Positions 43,713-64,000 of a stretch of 64,000 bases of DNA are shown here, piece after piece. Made by a program: the position numbers and the translations under genes. Each line of letters starts with the position of its first letter. Within the stretch, counting starts at the first letter, position 1. Below the pieces are notes generated by a model that saw nothing but the letters and a program-made list of their open reading frames with translations, made no database searches and was not told the DNA's origin. This DNA is from the human T2T-CHM13v2.0 reference genome, Homo sapiens. The stretch is from NCBI RefSeq assembly GCF_009914755.1, contig NC_060925.1; one strand, written 5' to 3'.

Positions 43713-44889
43713 CTCCTCATTTGTAAAACGGGAATCTTTGTTTCTTCCTCCTAGGCAGCTGTGCAGATTACTGAGATGATTTATGATGACCACAATGTTT
43801 CCCACACAGAGAGCTCTTAATAGATGCTACTATGGTGAAGAACCTGGAGAACAAGTATCGTGAGATAATACCAAAGAACTTGTGTGTACTGTTGATTGCC
43901 TTAAAATGTTTGAATCAGATTAGACATCTTCTCTGGAGCTCCAGAAGAAAGGTGGAGCTACTAATGGGTAGAAGTTACATCACTTCTTCCAAAACTAAGG
44001 TGAATTCGGGGGACCATAGGTTGTTCAATTTGGTGAACTTTAAGAACAAAGTATACGAAATTATGAATCCTAAACTTGATACTGAGTCATGAAGGGGCCA
44101 TGCAAGTGAGGGTCTCTAAAGTTTAAGCTTCAGTAAATCCACCTTCAGATGAGTCACTGTGAGAGAGTGAACTTCCTAGGACTGAAAAATTACATTCTGG
44201 GTCACAGCAGCTATGCCAGAGGTCTAGAAATAATGCAAGTAAGCAAGTTATTTATTTTTTTAAATTTTTTTTAAATTTTTTTTGGTCTTTAACAGTGTTC
44301 TTTAGTTGACTCCTGTACTGGGTGGGAATTCAGACTAGATAACATTTACTAGCTCTTAAATGTCTCTGTCTCCTGAATCTGAAAGTTGTTGGTACACATC
44401 AAAATACCCTAAATCTATGTATCCTGAAGGAGAAGAAAGAACGGGTAATTTACAACATGAGTTATTCTTCCTTAAATAATTAATAGTACCTAAAATTAAA
44501 GTTTCTTTTAGGAACAAGGACTGCACGATGATGTGGTACAGTGCAGAACTGGAAAGAAGACTGAGAGGGTCTCGGGCAAGATGAGAGGGGGGCTTGAAGA
44601 TTAATACCATGGAAGAAGGAAGGCAGCGGGGAGGCAGACAAGCAAGGTTTGAGTATCCCTGGCAGGGAGTGGGATTCTTATGCATGTCAAGGACATTTCA
44701 GAGATTCCAATTCTGATTCTTGGGTCCTGGAATTTTCCATTACCTTGAGGTGAAGAAATGGCTGGGTGAGAGTTTGGGCAGTTGACCTGAAACAAAGGCC
44801 TGAAGAGGAACCTGTGGAAATGGAATTGTGACCTCTAACTGTGGCTCTGTCACTAACTAGTAGATCTCAACTAAGTCCCATAATCCCTT

Positions 44890-45115
44890 AGCAGTGGTTA
44901 GCAACAGTCCTGGGGTCAAGTTCTAGGTTTTACCAACTATGAGTTGTATGAGCTTGGGCAAGTTACTTAATCTCTGTAAACCACAGTTTCCTCATGTGTA
45001 ATGGGGGATGGTTATACTTGCTTCAGACATAAACTTGCTGTGAGATTTAATTAGCTAGCATTCAAAGCATTCCCAGAGTGCCTTGCAGAAAGTGTCCAAT
45101 AAATGTTAGCTATAT
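44890..45115 (+). mobile_element. MIR
   Basis: CTTGGGCAAGTTACTTAATCTCTGT...CAGTTTCCTCATGTGTAA...CAATAAATGTTAGCTAT. Confidence 0.8.
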
Positions 45116-45499
45116 TTGTTAGTTTTTTTAAAAAAAATATAGACATCTATATGCACTTTTTTAAATTTTTTTTTGGTACCAGGTGTAATGAAAATTCAAA
45201 CTGTACAAAGTCAGGTCCTTGCTTTCCAGGAGTGTATAATCTTCTAAGGGAAATAATATATAATTATTTATGATTCAAGGCAGTATTTGTTAGTTACACA
45301 TAACTGGTATTCGAAAGGTTTTTGAAATACAGAGGTGAGTCGCTTCTGGCTAAAATTATCAGGAGGTGTTTTAGAGAAGGCATTTCAGATGGGCCTCCAA
45401 AGACAGGCAGAGTTTTAAAAATTAAAATTTGTGAGATATACTGAAAGAATCACGATCCAGTCCAAATTGTTAGGGCAACAGAGAAACACACAGTTCATT

Positions 45500-50900
<5,401 letters not shown>

Positions 50901-50968
50901 GAAGTCCCCACGTTAATTTTTGAAAACTAAGTTGAACGATGTAGCACTTTTTGTAATTGTACATCCAA

Positions 50969-51865
<897 letters not shown>

Positions 51866-52490
51866 TTAATGCAACCTGTTTGCTAATTGTTATCTTTCTG
51901 CATAAAGCCCCAAACAGTAACGGTGAGTGATGTAAAAATTCTAAGGAACAATGATAAATCCAGACAAACTCAACTTGAAACATGTCCACAAATTAGTAGC
52001 CCTGAATCACAAAAAATTCTGTAGCATCTGTGGGCAACGTTTATTCAATTGAGATATAAACTGAATTGCAGGCAGGCATCCCATCAGCTCGTCTGGTGCC
52101 TAAGGCAACCTCTGGTTTACAGTAGTTGCTTAATACATATTTGATTTAAAAATTTCAGCCTACTTGTCCCAAGGGTCCTCATTTTGCTTCCTGCGGCAGC
52201 ATAACTGATAGGGAACAGCTAGCCAGCACTAGGGGGATGAAAAGGCGTTAAGTGCAACCCACAGGGCGACATGGAAATATAACACGAAGCTGGCCGCTTG
52301 CCCTTCATTGTCAGCTCTCTTAAATTTATGCCCGGCAGGTGAGAGCTGACACTTCCTGCCTTTGGTTTGGTTCCTAACATTTTAATAGGATGGATCCAAA
52401 TCCTGTGCCTTGATTTCCCCAGGTGAGGGTGAGGAGGAGAGAAAGAAGAGGGGGGTTCTGTAGCTTTTAAACTTTACTCCTTAGGGGCCT

Positions 52491-52942
52491 GTATGTATGT
52501 ATGTGTGTGTGTGTGTGAGAGGGAGGAAGAGAAACAGAGAGAGAGAAGAGAGAGACAGAGATGAGAGAGGTATGAGAGACACAGGAGAGAGAGACAGATG
52601 AGAGAGAGAAAGAGAGACACGACAGAGAGAGAGAGACGAGAGAGAGAGAGACACGGGAGAGAGAGACAGAGGAGAGAAGAGGAGAGGAGAGAGACACGAG
52701 AGACAGATGAGAGACAGTGAGACACGAGAGAGAGAGAGAGAGATGAGAGGAGAGAGAGACATGTGAGAGAGACACAGGAGAGACAGAGATGAGAGAGAGA
52801 TATGAGAGAGATCTATGAGAGAGAGACACTGGAGAAAGAGGGACAGAGATGAGAGAGAGACAGACGAGAGACAGACACAAGAGAGAGGGACCGATGAGCG
52901 GAAAGAGAGGCACGAGAGAGAGATGAGAGAGAGAGAAGAGGG
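52491..52942 (+). repeat. (GTAT)n-(GT)n followed by a long degenerate (GA)n purine-rich mosaic repeat
   Basis: GAGAGA runs punctuated by recurrent GACAC, GACAGATGA and TATGA units. Confidence 0.95.
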
Positions 52943-53254
52943 GTCTCCAATGAATATGTGGGAATATATGGAAAACGCGAATATCCAAATGATATTTGGA
53001 AAACTTGGCTGTGTTGGGGTGGTCAGGGACCCAGCCTCTTAGGTGTCCCTCCCCTGGCTCGCGATCACCCACCCGGGACACCGACGGACCCCGCGCCGCT
53101 AACCAGCCGCTCTCAGAGCGTGGGTGGCAGGCGTGGCTCTGCTCGGGGCCGGCCGCTCCCCTCACGTTCCCGGAGGCCTCGGCGGAAGGCGTGCAGGCGG
53201 CCTCTGGGCGGCGGCTGCAGGGGAGACAGTGGAGGGGCCCGGCGCCCTTGTCCG

Positions 53255-53380
53255 CCCGCACGTGCTCGGGGCGGGGCGGCTGGGGCCCGACGGGCGGGGC
53301 CGGGGGCGGTGGCGGCGGGGGCGTGGCCGGGCGGCCACGTGACGGGCGGCGCGGCTATTAAGCCGCGCGGCAGCTGCTCG
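53255..53380 (+). promoter_or_regulatory. ACTN2: ACTN2 core/proximal promoter
   Basis: CACGTG E-boxes at 53259 and 53336 (GGCCACGTGAC, USF/TFE-like). Sp/KLF GC boxes at 53268-53277 and 53292-53300. TATA-like TATTAA at 53356-53361. Myogenic-type E-box CAGCTG at 53371. Confidence 0.8.
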
Positions 53381-53385
53381 CAGCC

Positions 53386-53560
53386 GGAGCTGGTGCTTCG
53401 CCCGAGACCCAGCGCCCAGGCGTGTCGCCCCGAGAGGAGCCGCGCGAAGGTCACCCCGCGCCCGCCGCCCGCCGCCCGCCGCCTCCGTGGGTCCGTTTGC
53501 CAGTCAGCCCGTGCGTCCGAGCCCCTCGCGCCCCGCCGCAGCCCCGGCCAACCGAGCGCC
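53386..53560 (+). other. ACTN2: ACTN2 exon 1 5' UTR (TSS approximate)
   Basis: GC-rich, ATG-free segment before the start codon. TSS inferred about 30 bp downstream of TATTAA at 53356. Confidence 0.7.
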
Positions 53561-53686
53561 ATGAACCAGATAGAGCCCGGCGTGCAGTACAACTACGTGT
53601 ACGACGAGGATGAGTACATGATCCAGGAGGAGGAGTGGGACCGCGACCTGCTCCTGGACCCAGCCTGGGAGAAGCAGCAGAGGAAG
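53561..53686 (+). CDS. ACTN2: Alpha-actinin-2, first coding exon (aa 1-42); gene continues beyond the window
   Basis: Translation MNQIEPGVQYNYVYDEDEYMIQEEEWDRDLLLDPAWEKQQRK is the recognisable ACTN2 N-terminus, including the alpha-actinin WDRDLLLDPAWEKQQRK motif. Start context is gccATGa. The exon ends at a phase-0 donor AAG|GTCAGC (GT at 53687). Confidence 0.98.
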
Positions 53687-56186
53687 GTCAGCAGGGGCCC
53701 GCGGGCCGCCCGCGCGTGGTGGGGCCGGGTCCCCCGCGGGGCTCCCGTGCGCGTGGCCGCGTGGCCTGGCGACTGGCGAGAGGGCGCTTTGTGGAGGTGC
53801 TGTGCTGTCCTGTGCCCTCGCAGCCCCGGGGGCCCCTTAGGAGAGAGGACACGTCCGGGGACAGGCAGGACACTGGGCGTCGTGTGTGTGCGCGCGCGCT
53901 AGCAGCATCGGAGGTACAGATGTGGTTCTGTTCCTCACACCAACCCGCGTTAGACCAGATCTGAAGGGGTCTCTGGTCTGCTCCTGACCCCTTGAGTCTG
54001 TGACCTTGGCCCCCGAGTTATACTCTCCTGGCCCGCTTGTGTCCATTTACCCCAGCCTCTCTCTTCCCCATTGAAAGAAGCAAAAGAACATCAGCTTCAT
54101 TGCAATTTCCACCGGGCTGCCCCTAGAGTCATGGAAAGTCATTTATTCAATCTTTTGGGTTCCTTGGAGAGGGATGTTGTATGAACACTAGACATTTACC
54201 GATAGTGACAATTATTTCACACTCTATTTATAGTTCATTGAGGTAAGCACACAGGGACGAAGGAGTCAGCCAGCTTCTAAAAGCTCCCTCCCCATTTTGA
54301 TTGGCGTTCTCTGGGGGCCCAGTGGAACATTCCACTTTTTCAAGGTTTCCTCTTGATCCTCTTGGCTGGAATAAATAGGGAATGCTCACCAGGAGGCTTA
54401 ATCCCGCCTCTTACTTGACTAGGCAGGGAGCCTGGTTGGGTCAGACATGACAACAGAGACCTGCCAACCCAACCTTAAGATAACGGGGTTATGGCAAAAG
54501 CCAAACGCTCTGAACTTTTTTCCGCCTATTTTTCTGGGCGTGGGGCAAGATAGATTTCCCTTCTAAGGACCTGCTTTAAGTGGATAGCCTGTGGTGACCA
54601 TAGTGTGTATGGGAATCTCTGTATAATGGGTACTGTAGCTGATTGTGCGATAGTATTTGGTGAATAGGGGTATGATGGTGGAGAACACACATCCCAAACT
54701 CCTCTCGCAGCAAACAGCGTTAGCTGGAAGGAGAGATGATTATCAAATAACCAAGCACTATTTTTATATCAGGATGTCTCTTGTCTACCCTCTCTCCTAA
54801 AATACCATTTACTATTATTATTTTAAAGCTCTAATTTAGCTACATTTCAGTCTCTCCCCGAGTTTCTTAAGGCTTTTACCATCCCTACCTTTCTTAGAAA
54901 ATGGGAGTAATAAATAGAAAAAAACAAAACTTCAAGCCGTCTACTATTGTTTAAAGGACTGATTGTGAAGGAAGTACGAGGCATGAGGATTACTAATGTG
55001 TCATCTGGACCAGCTGATGCATCATCCATCAGCACGAAGTTAAAAAGTGACTTTAATTTTTAGCAGTGAGTGTTTTTTTTTAAAAGAATTTCCCCAAATT
55101 TTGATTACTGCACTTTTCATGGATTAAAAAAAAAGATAACTCCCGGGTCTTTGTTTTAAAAATTGCTTTCTTATGAGGAATTGTAAAATAGCTAAGGAAT
55201 TGGACAGGTAGTCTGCCCATCATTTTTGAAAGTGATGGTCTAATCACAGTGCTTTCTGTTGCCTTTTTTTTTTTTAAGTACAGTACAGTAGCAGGATAGA
55301 GGTAATGACAGTTTCCAGAGGCCACATTGACATCCCTTCTGCCATATTTAATCTTTTAACTTATTTGCAGTATTTTTGGATATATGGCTTCGAATTCTTT
55401 TAGGTTTGGGATTCCTATGTTGACTGTATTATTATAATTGCATAGCACTTGAAGTAAAGTTGATTATTTAAAAATAACATACTTCCTGATCCCAGTCCAA
55501 AATAATGTTAGAAAGTTTAAGGTGAGAATTTTTTTTAAGATAGTTTGAATGTTGTACATGCTTGGGGGGCAAAAACTACATTAGGAGAGATCTAGAAGAT
55601 TCTCTATTTCTACTTTTGGTATAGACCCTGCTCAAGTCAGTAAAATAATATTGAACTGTGAGCTCAGTGTGGCCAGAGCAGTGGCCTCTATTTATGTCCC
55701 ATGAGACAAACTGCTGGAACCGGACAAGGGTAAAATACCATTGTTTCTATTGTGGGCTGCCTTCTCCACACTTGCCATTTCAGTGATATGCTGGGTATGA
55801 GATCTGTCAACAGATGCTGGTAGCACATGATGACGTCCGTGGCGTTATAATGGATGTGATGCCTAATTTTATCTACAGTTCAGAGAGTCTCATGGGCTAT
55901 GGTAATCCTTGCTCTGTGGTGTGGAAGGAAAGCCTTGCTGTAGAAGGACTTTATAAAAGTGTAATGAGTTTTATAAGAGAAGGGAATGCAGAAGATAGTG
56001 GGTTTAGCATGAGTGCGAATAGGCGTTTCAACGTGTCTACCTTCTCTTTCAAGAGTGTGTTAGGAAGAGTGTGTTACACAGAAGAGTGTGTTAATAGGGT
56101 TAGGAATATTTATATTTTCTATAAAGAAGTATTTTAATTCATACAACTCAAGGGTAGAAGAAAAATGCCTGCAGTATTACAGATGT

Positions 56187-56187
56187 G

Positions 56188-56219
<32 letters not shown>

Positions 56220-56522
56220 GTATATTATATATATATATATAAAATATGTAATGTTTAGAGACAGGATTTTTCTCTGTTGCCCAGGCTGGAGTACAGTGGC
56301 ATGATAATAGCTCACTGTAGCCTTGACCTCCTGGGCTCAAGTGACCTCCATGACGTCAAGGCATGCACCACCACACATGGCTAATTTTTTTATTTTAAAA
56401 ACTTTTTTTGTAGAGACAGGGTCTCACTGTGTTGCCCAGGCTGGTCTTGAACTCCTGGCCATTCTCCCACCTTGGCTTCTTAAAGTGCTGATACTAAGGA
56501 TATGAGCCACGATGCTCAGCCC
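56187..56522 (-). mobile_element. (TA)n tract plus internally deleted AluJ
   Basis: Seen directly. Confidence 0.85.
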
Positions 56523-57614
56523 CAGATACAATATTTTAAGACACTGAAATGCTGAGACACACTCTTGGAGTTAGAATGTTCTACCATATAGAACACAGTT
56601 TAGGGATATCAATTTCTAAGTAAATTGGGACCTCTTCAGTGGACTGTTGAAACTTTTAGAGTGTTGGTGTCTAGAAGTAAACATCTCCTGGAACCAAGGA
56701 ACACATAGAGCTTGTACCTCAACTGAAGCCTAATTAGGAGGTGACTTGTCAGAGCAGCAATGCTGAATATGTTTGCTATCTTCACAAGCTCAGGACGCTG
56801 TCCTTAACTGTACTGGGAGGCTAGAGCAGACCTTTTAAGGACACGAAATATGTGTCGATACGTAAAGGGTCCTTATGTCCATAATCAGTCCGTGGCTTGA
56901 TGATAGATAAACTTTTCTAAGTGTTCTGATTGTTTTTAATAGTCCCTAAAGAAATTCAGATTCTTCTGTACTCTTCACAGTTGAGATGGCTGGATTCACC
57001 TTGGAGCACCTCCTGTCAGTCTGGCATTTAGGCAAATGTGTTGCCATGTTGGGTCAGGCAGCCTGGCAGGATGCGTGTACAGAGGCAGCCGCCCACAGGG
57101 TTCGGATTAAATAGAGAGCCTGGGAGCCTTCGAGTTGCCCCTGCCCTTGTTCTGTGGGCAGCAGCTGCTGATTTAGAGCACAAGGTGAAGGCTCTTCCTG
57201 CCTAATGACACATACTCTTGCATAAATTTTTCCTAGGAGAAAAGGCACTAATTGTTTGTTCCAATGATTAACAGAAAGCTTGTGACATTTCTCAGATTCA
57301 TGAGACCCAGATGAGTCGAAGCTCTGCCTGGTACCCGACTACAGTTGAATCACTAAATGTTTCAAGTCTCAATTTCTTCACCTAGAAAATGAAGATAAAT
57401 ACCTGTCTTTCTTAACTCACAGGGTTTTTTGTCTGGATCAAATGGTTAAACTGTTTTATGGTGAAGCGGCTTTATACATTGTAAAGTGATCTGTAAATGT
57501 TCAAATATTATTATCCTTGTGCGCCGAATATTTGTTAATCAGCACTGCGCTTAGACTTGTGAGGGACTTGTGAGCATGAGATTTGGCCCTTGGTGACCTT
57601 GATGTACTTTGAAA

Positions 57615-58528
<914 letters not shown>

Positions 58529-60039
58529 ATAAGTGTAATACAATAAGTGTTTACCTTTGACACTATCAAAGCCCTTTTACATCCCTTCACTCACCCTTTC
58601 ATCAAGAGATGGGAGAAGTTCAAAGGTAAGAGTATAGAAGGAGAAAGTAACCAAGGTGGCTAGACCAGGACTCAGGTCTCCCAAAGCCTAGCTCTGTATC
58701 GGATATGTCTGTGGCTCATGGTGTGTTTGTGCACGTGTGATAGGGAGATAATACCTGATGCTAAAGATGCATATTCAAACTTAGAAAGTTGGATCCACGA
58801 AAAAGGGCCAGGTTATAGAGGGCCTGGGATGCTAAGGTGAGTGCAGACTTCATTCTCCAAGACATGCAGAGCTCCAGAGGTTTTTTGAGCTGGGAAGACC
58901 CATGCTTACAGAACTAGTATTGTTGGTGAGATAAATCTGAGTGGACAAGGGCCTGAGGCTGGGGGACCCAGGCAAAAGCCTGTTATGGGACCATCCAGAT
59001 AAAGTGGTGAGGATTAGAACAAGGGGGCTGTTAGAAGCAGTGGTGAGGAAGGCATCAATTTGAGAGTGATCAGGAGGGATTATACGAAGTATTAAATAAC
59101 CACATGTTGTTCCACAGTAGGCTGTGGTATAAATCCAATTAAGTAGATATGATCCTCCCCATTAGAGCTCCTGGGCTTTAATGTCAAGACAGTGGTATTG
59201 ACAAGCAACAACCAAACTAATGAGGAGAGTCTGTTTATCCACTGGGAGATTGTGTCTGGATAAGAAGTTAAGTATTTACAGGATGTGTCATTATTCTGTG
59301 CAGGGAAAGGAGCCACCGTGCTGAGGTGGCAAATCCGGTGTCCATGTGGCCATTGCTGGGAGGGAGAGGTGGAATTGTAGATAGTCTTTGAGAGCCAGAG
59401 AAAGTTCTTAATGGGCAGAAGTGTCAAAGAAGAGGTTAAAGGCAGGGTCTTGTGTGGGCACTAAGAAACCTCTGCACCCAGAGGGACTGTAATAAATATA
59501 CATGTGGTTTGCTACGGAGAATCACAGGTGCAGGAGTTCTGAGGCACAAAAAACACTCTTTGCTTTTACATCCTATTTGGGACACCGTGATGTGTCCCGG
59601 GGTTGCCCTAGGCCTTCAGCCACATTCACCAGGTAAGAAACTTAAGCCCATTATAAGATTTTCCAGGAGTGTGGGAGGAGGAATATAACTCTTAGCAGGG
59701 AAACTTAATTAACGCAGCCTCAGAAAACTGTCAGAAAGCACCGCAGTCGGTTGCTGCAGCTGGGAGACACCTACAGAAAAGGCGCAGTTCTGGAGTGGGT
59801 GAGGGTGCTACCATGATGAGCAGAGGAGTTCACACGGAATGCGTTGGAGGACAGTCAGAATCCTACCGCCGTTTCCCTGGGAACGGCACTAAGTCTTCCA
59901 GAAAGAACAGAAAGCAGAGATTGGGGGAGACGCTTGCAAACTACTATGCTAGACAAATTTCAAAGGAAGGAAAACCTTAAGTGCAAGAATTTGGCCTTTC
60001 TGAAGAAGACTGAGGAAAATTTTTGGTACAAACATCTGC

Positions 60040-60046
60040 ACACATG

Positions 60047-60074
<28 letters not shown>
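60040..60074 (+). repeat. (CA)n microsatellite
   Basis: Seen directly. Confidence 0.9.
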
Positions 60075-60078
<4 letters not shown>

Positions 60079-61062
60079 TTTCTAGATTGGAAACTACAAG
60101 GTGTTTTTACCTGCAACCCTGGTGAGGAGCAAAATATAAATGGAACACAAGCATGATGGTTCATTCTTTCATTCATTTGGCAAACATTTTTGTAGTCCTA
60201 GGGACCAGCAGAGAGAGTTGATGACACCACCATGGCCCTTAAGGAGCTTACAGCCAAGTTCAAGAGACAGGAGTGGTCTGTGAGAAGCACAGAGGAGGGG
60301 CATCTGCTTCAGCCAGGCTGGTGTAAGGAAGGTGTTTTCAAAGCCAAAGGTGTTTCAAACCCTCCTGCTTGGTTCCCCTTCATGGTGAATGGAAATGTCT
60401 TTCTTCCAGGCGCCCAAGCCAGAAACCCGAGTGTTACCCTTGCCCCCTCCTCCTCTCCCACACCACGGCCGTTGGGTCACCACCTCCCGTGGAGTCCTCT
60501 GGACCCTGCCTCTTCCCCTCCCTGTGTGCTCCAAGGCCTTCAGGCTTTCCACCTTCCCTGCGGAGATGAGGGTGGTGGCCTCCCTTTTTGTCACCCTTCC
60601 AAGGGTCATGCTCGTCTGCTGGCTTTTCTCCAAGATGCTGCCAAAAATGATCTTAATAAGACACAAGCCTGGTTGTGATATTTTCCTGATTCAAGTGTCT
60701 CTGTGGTTCTTGGTTGCCTTCAGGAGAGAGTTCAAGCCTCTTATGGTGGTTTGTGAGGCCAGGCCTGAACTAGCCCCATCGTCTGTTCATTCACCACCCC
60801 AGTATCCCTGCTGCAGGTTTTTAAAGATCTCATGTCCCTGATTGCCTGTCACTGTGTCTGACTCGAGCCCTTGTCTCTTCCATAGACCCTCCCTCCTCCA
60901 CCTATCTTAGTAGTACCTCCTTCTGCAGCTGCTTTACTGAGAGGTCTGCCTTCTAGAGCAGGGGTCACCTGATGCTCTGTCTCCCCAACAAGGGCTATGA
61001 GCAGTAGCTCTTCTCTGTAGGTCCCTGTGCCTCATTGGACTCACACAGAGTCTGCACTGACA

Positions 61063-62251
61063 TTTTTTTTTTTCTTTTCTTTTTTTTTTTTTTTTGAGAC
61101 GGAGTTTCACTGTCGTTGCCCGGGCTGGAGTGCAATGGCACAATCTCGGCGGCTAACCACAACCTCCGCCTCCCAGGTTCAGGTGATTCTCTTGCCTCAG
61201 CCTCCTGAGTAGCTGGGATTACAGGCATTTGCCACCACGCCCGGCTAATTTTTTTATTTTTAGTAGAGACGGGGTTTCTCCATGTTGATCAGGCTGGTCT
61301 TGAACTCCAGACTTCAAGTGATCCACCCGCCTCGACCTCACAAAGTGCTGGGATTACAGGTGTGAGCCACCACGCCTGGCCCGCACTGACATTTATTGAA
61401 TGAAGAAATTATGAATCATTTCTAAGAAACGTTTAGTACAATTACTTTTTAAATTAAAAAAACTTTCATTTTAACAATTAACATCTTTTTTGACAGTCTT
61501 TATGACTTTTTGAGCTCTGAATGTGTTAACTCCCAACTCATACTCATTTAATGCTTTTTAAAAATGTTCTCTTGAAGTATTTTCTCAGGTCCCCGAAAAG
61601 AGTTCCCTGACTTGATTTTTATTGTAAGTCTGAGCTGTCGAGGCCGGGTGTGGTGGCTCATGCCCATATTCCCAGCACTTTGGGAGGCTGAGGCAAGGCT
61701 GTCTCTTGAGGCTAGGAGTTAGAGAGTGTCCTGGGCAACATAGAGAGACCTTGTCTCTACAAAAAAAATTTAAAAATTAGCCGGTATGGTGGCGTGTGCT
61801 TGTAGTTTTAGCTACTTGGGAGGCTGAAGTGAGAGGATTGCTTGAGCTCAGAAGTTTGAGGCTGCAGTGAGCTATGATGGCACCACTGCACTCCCGCTCT
61901 GGGTGACAGAGTGAGAAATAAGCTTTTCGTTAAAAAATGTTCAGGCCGGGCACAGTGTCTCATGCCTGTAATCCCAGCCCTTTGGGAGGCTGAGGCAGGT
62001 GAATCAGATGAGGCCAGGAGTTTGAGACCAGCCTGGCCAACACGGCGAAACCCAGTCTCTACTAAAAATACAAAAAAAAAAAAAAAATTAGCTGGGTATG
62101 GTGATGTCTGCCCATAATCCCAGCCACTTGGGAGGCTGAGGCATGAAAATCACTTGAACCTGGGAGGCGGCGGCTGCTGTGAGCCAAGATCATGCCACTG
62201 CACCCCAGCATGGGAGACAGAGTGAGACTGTCTCAAAAAAAAAAAAAAAAA
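61063..62251. mobile_element. Alu cluster: (-) 61063-61381, (+) 61642-61917, (+) 61944-62251
   Basis: Alu consensus. Confidence 0.9.
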
Positions 62252-62884
62252 GTTAAGAGATGTGCTGTGTCTGAAAAAAAAAAAAAAGAACATCAATAAT
62301 TGGAATTTAGAGCTTTTAGAATTGAAAAAATAATTATACAGATTTATGTATATCATAATAAAATTTGTCACCATATTTATGAGAAAAAGTTCTGGTAACC
62401 TGAATTTGATTTGAAATGAGTTCCCCCCCCCCCGCCCAGATTGAAAACCTTCACCCACTTAATAAAGAAAATTCCAAGTTCATTTATGATTCAGAGACGT
62501 ATAAATTTAAATTTGTTTTTGTATAGAAAACATGGGGAAATTTTTTTGAAGATGCAGTGTGCTTCACAGTGCTGGAATTGGAAAATGGAGACAAGATTGC
62601 AGGTGATTCTGTGGTCCTGGGAAAGAACTGGCATATGCAGTCTTCATACATGCCAAGCCCTAGACCAAGAAGTTGGCATAACTTTGATTTGTCTTATTTG
62701 TTTTTGCTAGGGGGTAAATGTGTTGGTCATAGTCTTTAGAAATTATTATACACTGAAAACAGATTCTTATTAGTATCCATTACAACCTTTTCATAAAAAG
62801 CCATGCTATCTTAGAAAAGACCTATATTTTATTAGTGAATGTGAGAACCAAATGTACAAATAGGTGAATATGAGATTGTTTTGG

Positions 62885-63819
<935 letters not shown>

Positions 63820-64000
63820 ATTGTTGTCCCACTATATTTGATGCCCTTGACCAATACCACAAAATAGCCAGGCTGTAAAACTGAATTCTAATCATTTCTA
63901 GCCTTATCTCTAATGTCTTTGGTATTCATTTGTAAAAGTAAAGGGGCTCTTGAGTTTTGTAGAAGTTAAAAATGTGGGATTTGAAGCCAGGTACAGCAAC

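Larger units (their letters stand above)
53040..53910. promoter_or_regulatory. CpG island spanning the ACTN2 promoter, exon 1 and start of intron 1
   Basis: Very high GC and dense CpG compared with the CpG-depleted flanks. Confidence 0.93.

Noticed and set aside
52467-53261. 264-aa and other S/L-rich minus-strand ORFs
   Set aside because: Translations of the (GA)n repeat and CpG island.
52958-53902. 314-aa ORF
   Set aside because: It is ACTN2 exon 1 embedded in stop-poor CpG-island DNA. It starts upstream of the inferred TSS and reads through the splice donor. Only 53561-53686 is credible CDS.
60232-60841. Overlapping 148-150 aa ORFs in intron 1
   Set aside because: No recognisable homology; the region resembles a decayed L2 and is not ACTN2 exon 2.

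Overview
Primate (almost certainly human) genomic DNA with about 60 Alu elements plus L1, L2, MIR, LTR and DNA-transposon relics. The only real protein-coding sequence is the first coding exon of alpha-actinin-2 (ACTN2, + strand, 53561-53686, MNQIEPGVQYNYVYDEDEYMIQEEEWDRDLLLDPAWEKQQRK). It lies in a CpG island with a GC-box/E-box/TATA-like promoter. The window therefore covers about 53 kb of upstream region and about 10 kb of intron 1. Nearly all other ORFs in the track are Alu, L1 or microsatellite artefacts. I found no new gene system. The best leads are a candidate far-upstream alternative promoter/mini-exon with ISRE/ETS/CEBP motifs (~31 kb), several local templated-insertion or template-switch scars (33 kb, 43 kb, 16/19 kb), a ~450 bp purine-rich mosaic repeat beside the promoter, a hairpin enclosing the TATA-like element, and candidate muscle enhancers. 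Repeat boundaries and subfamily names were called by eye and are approximate.
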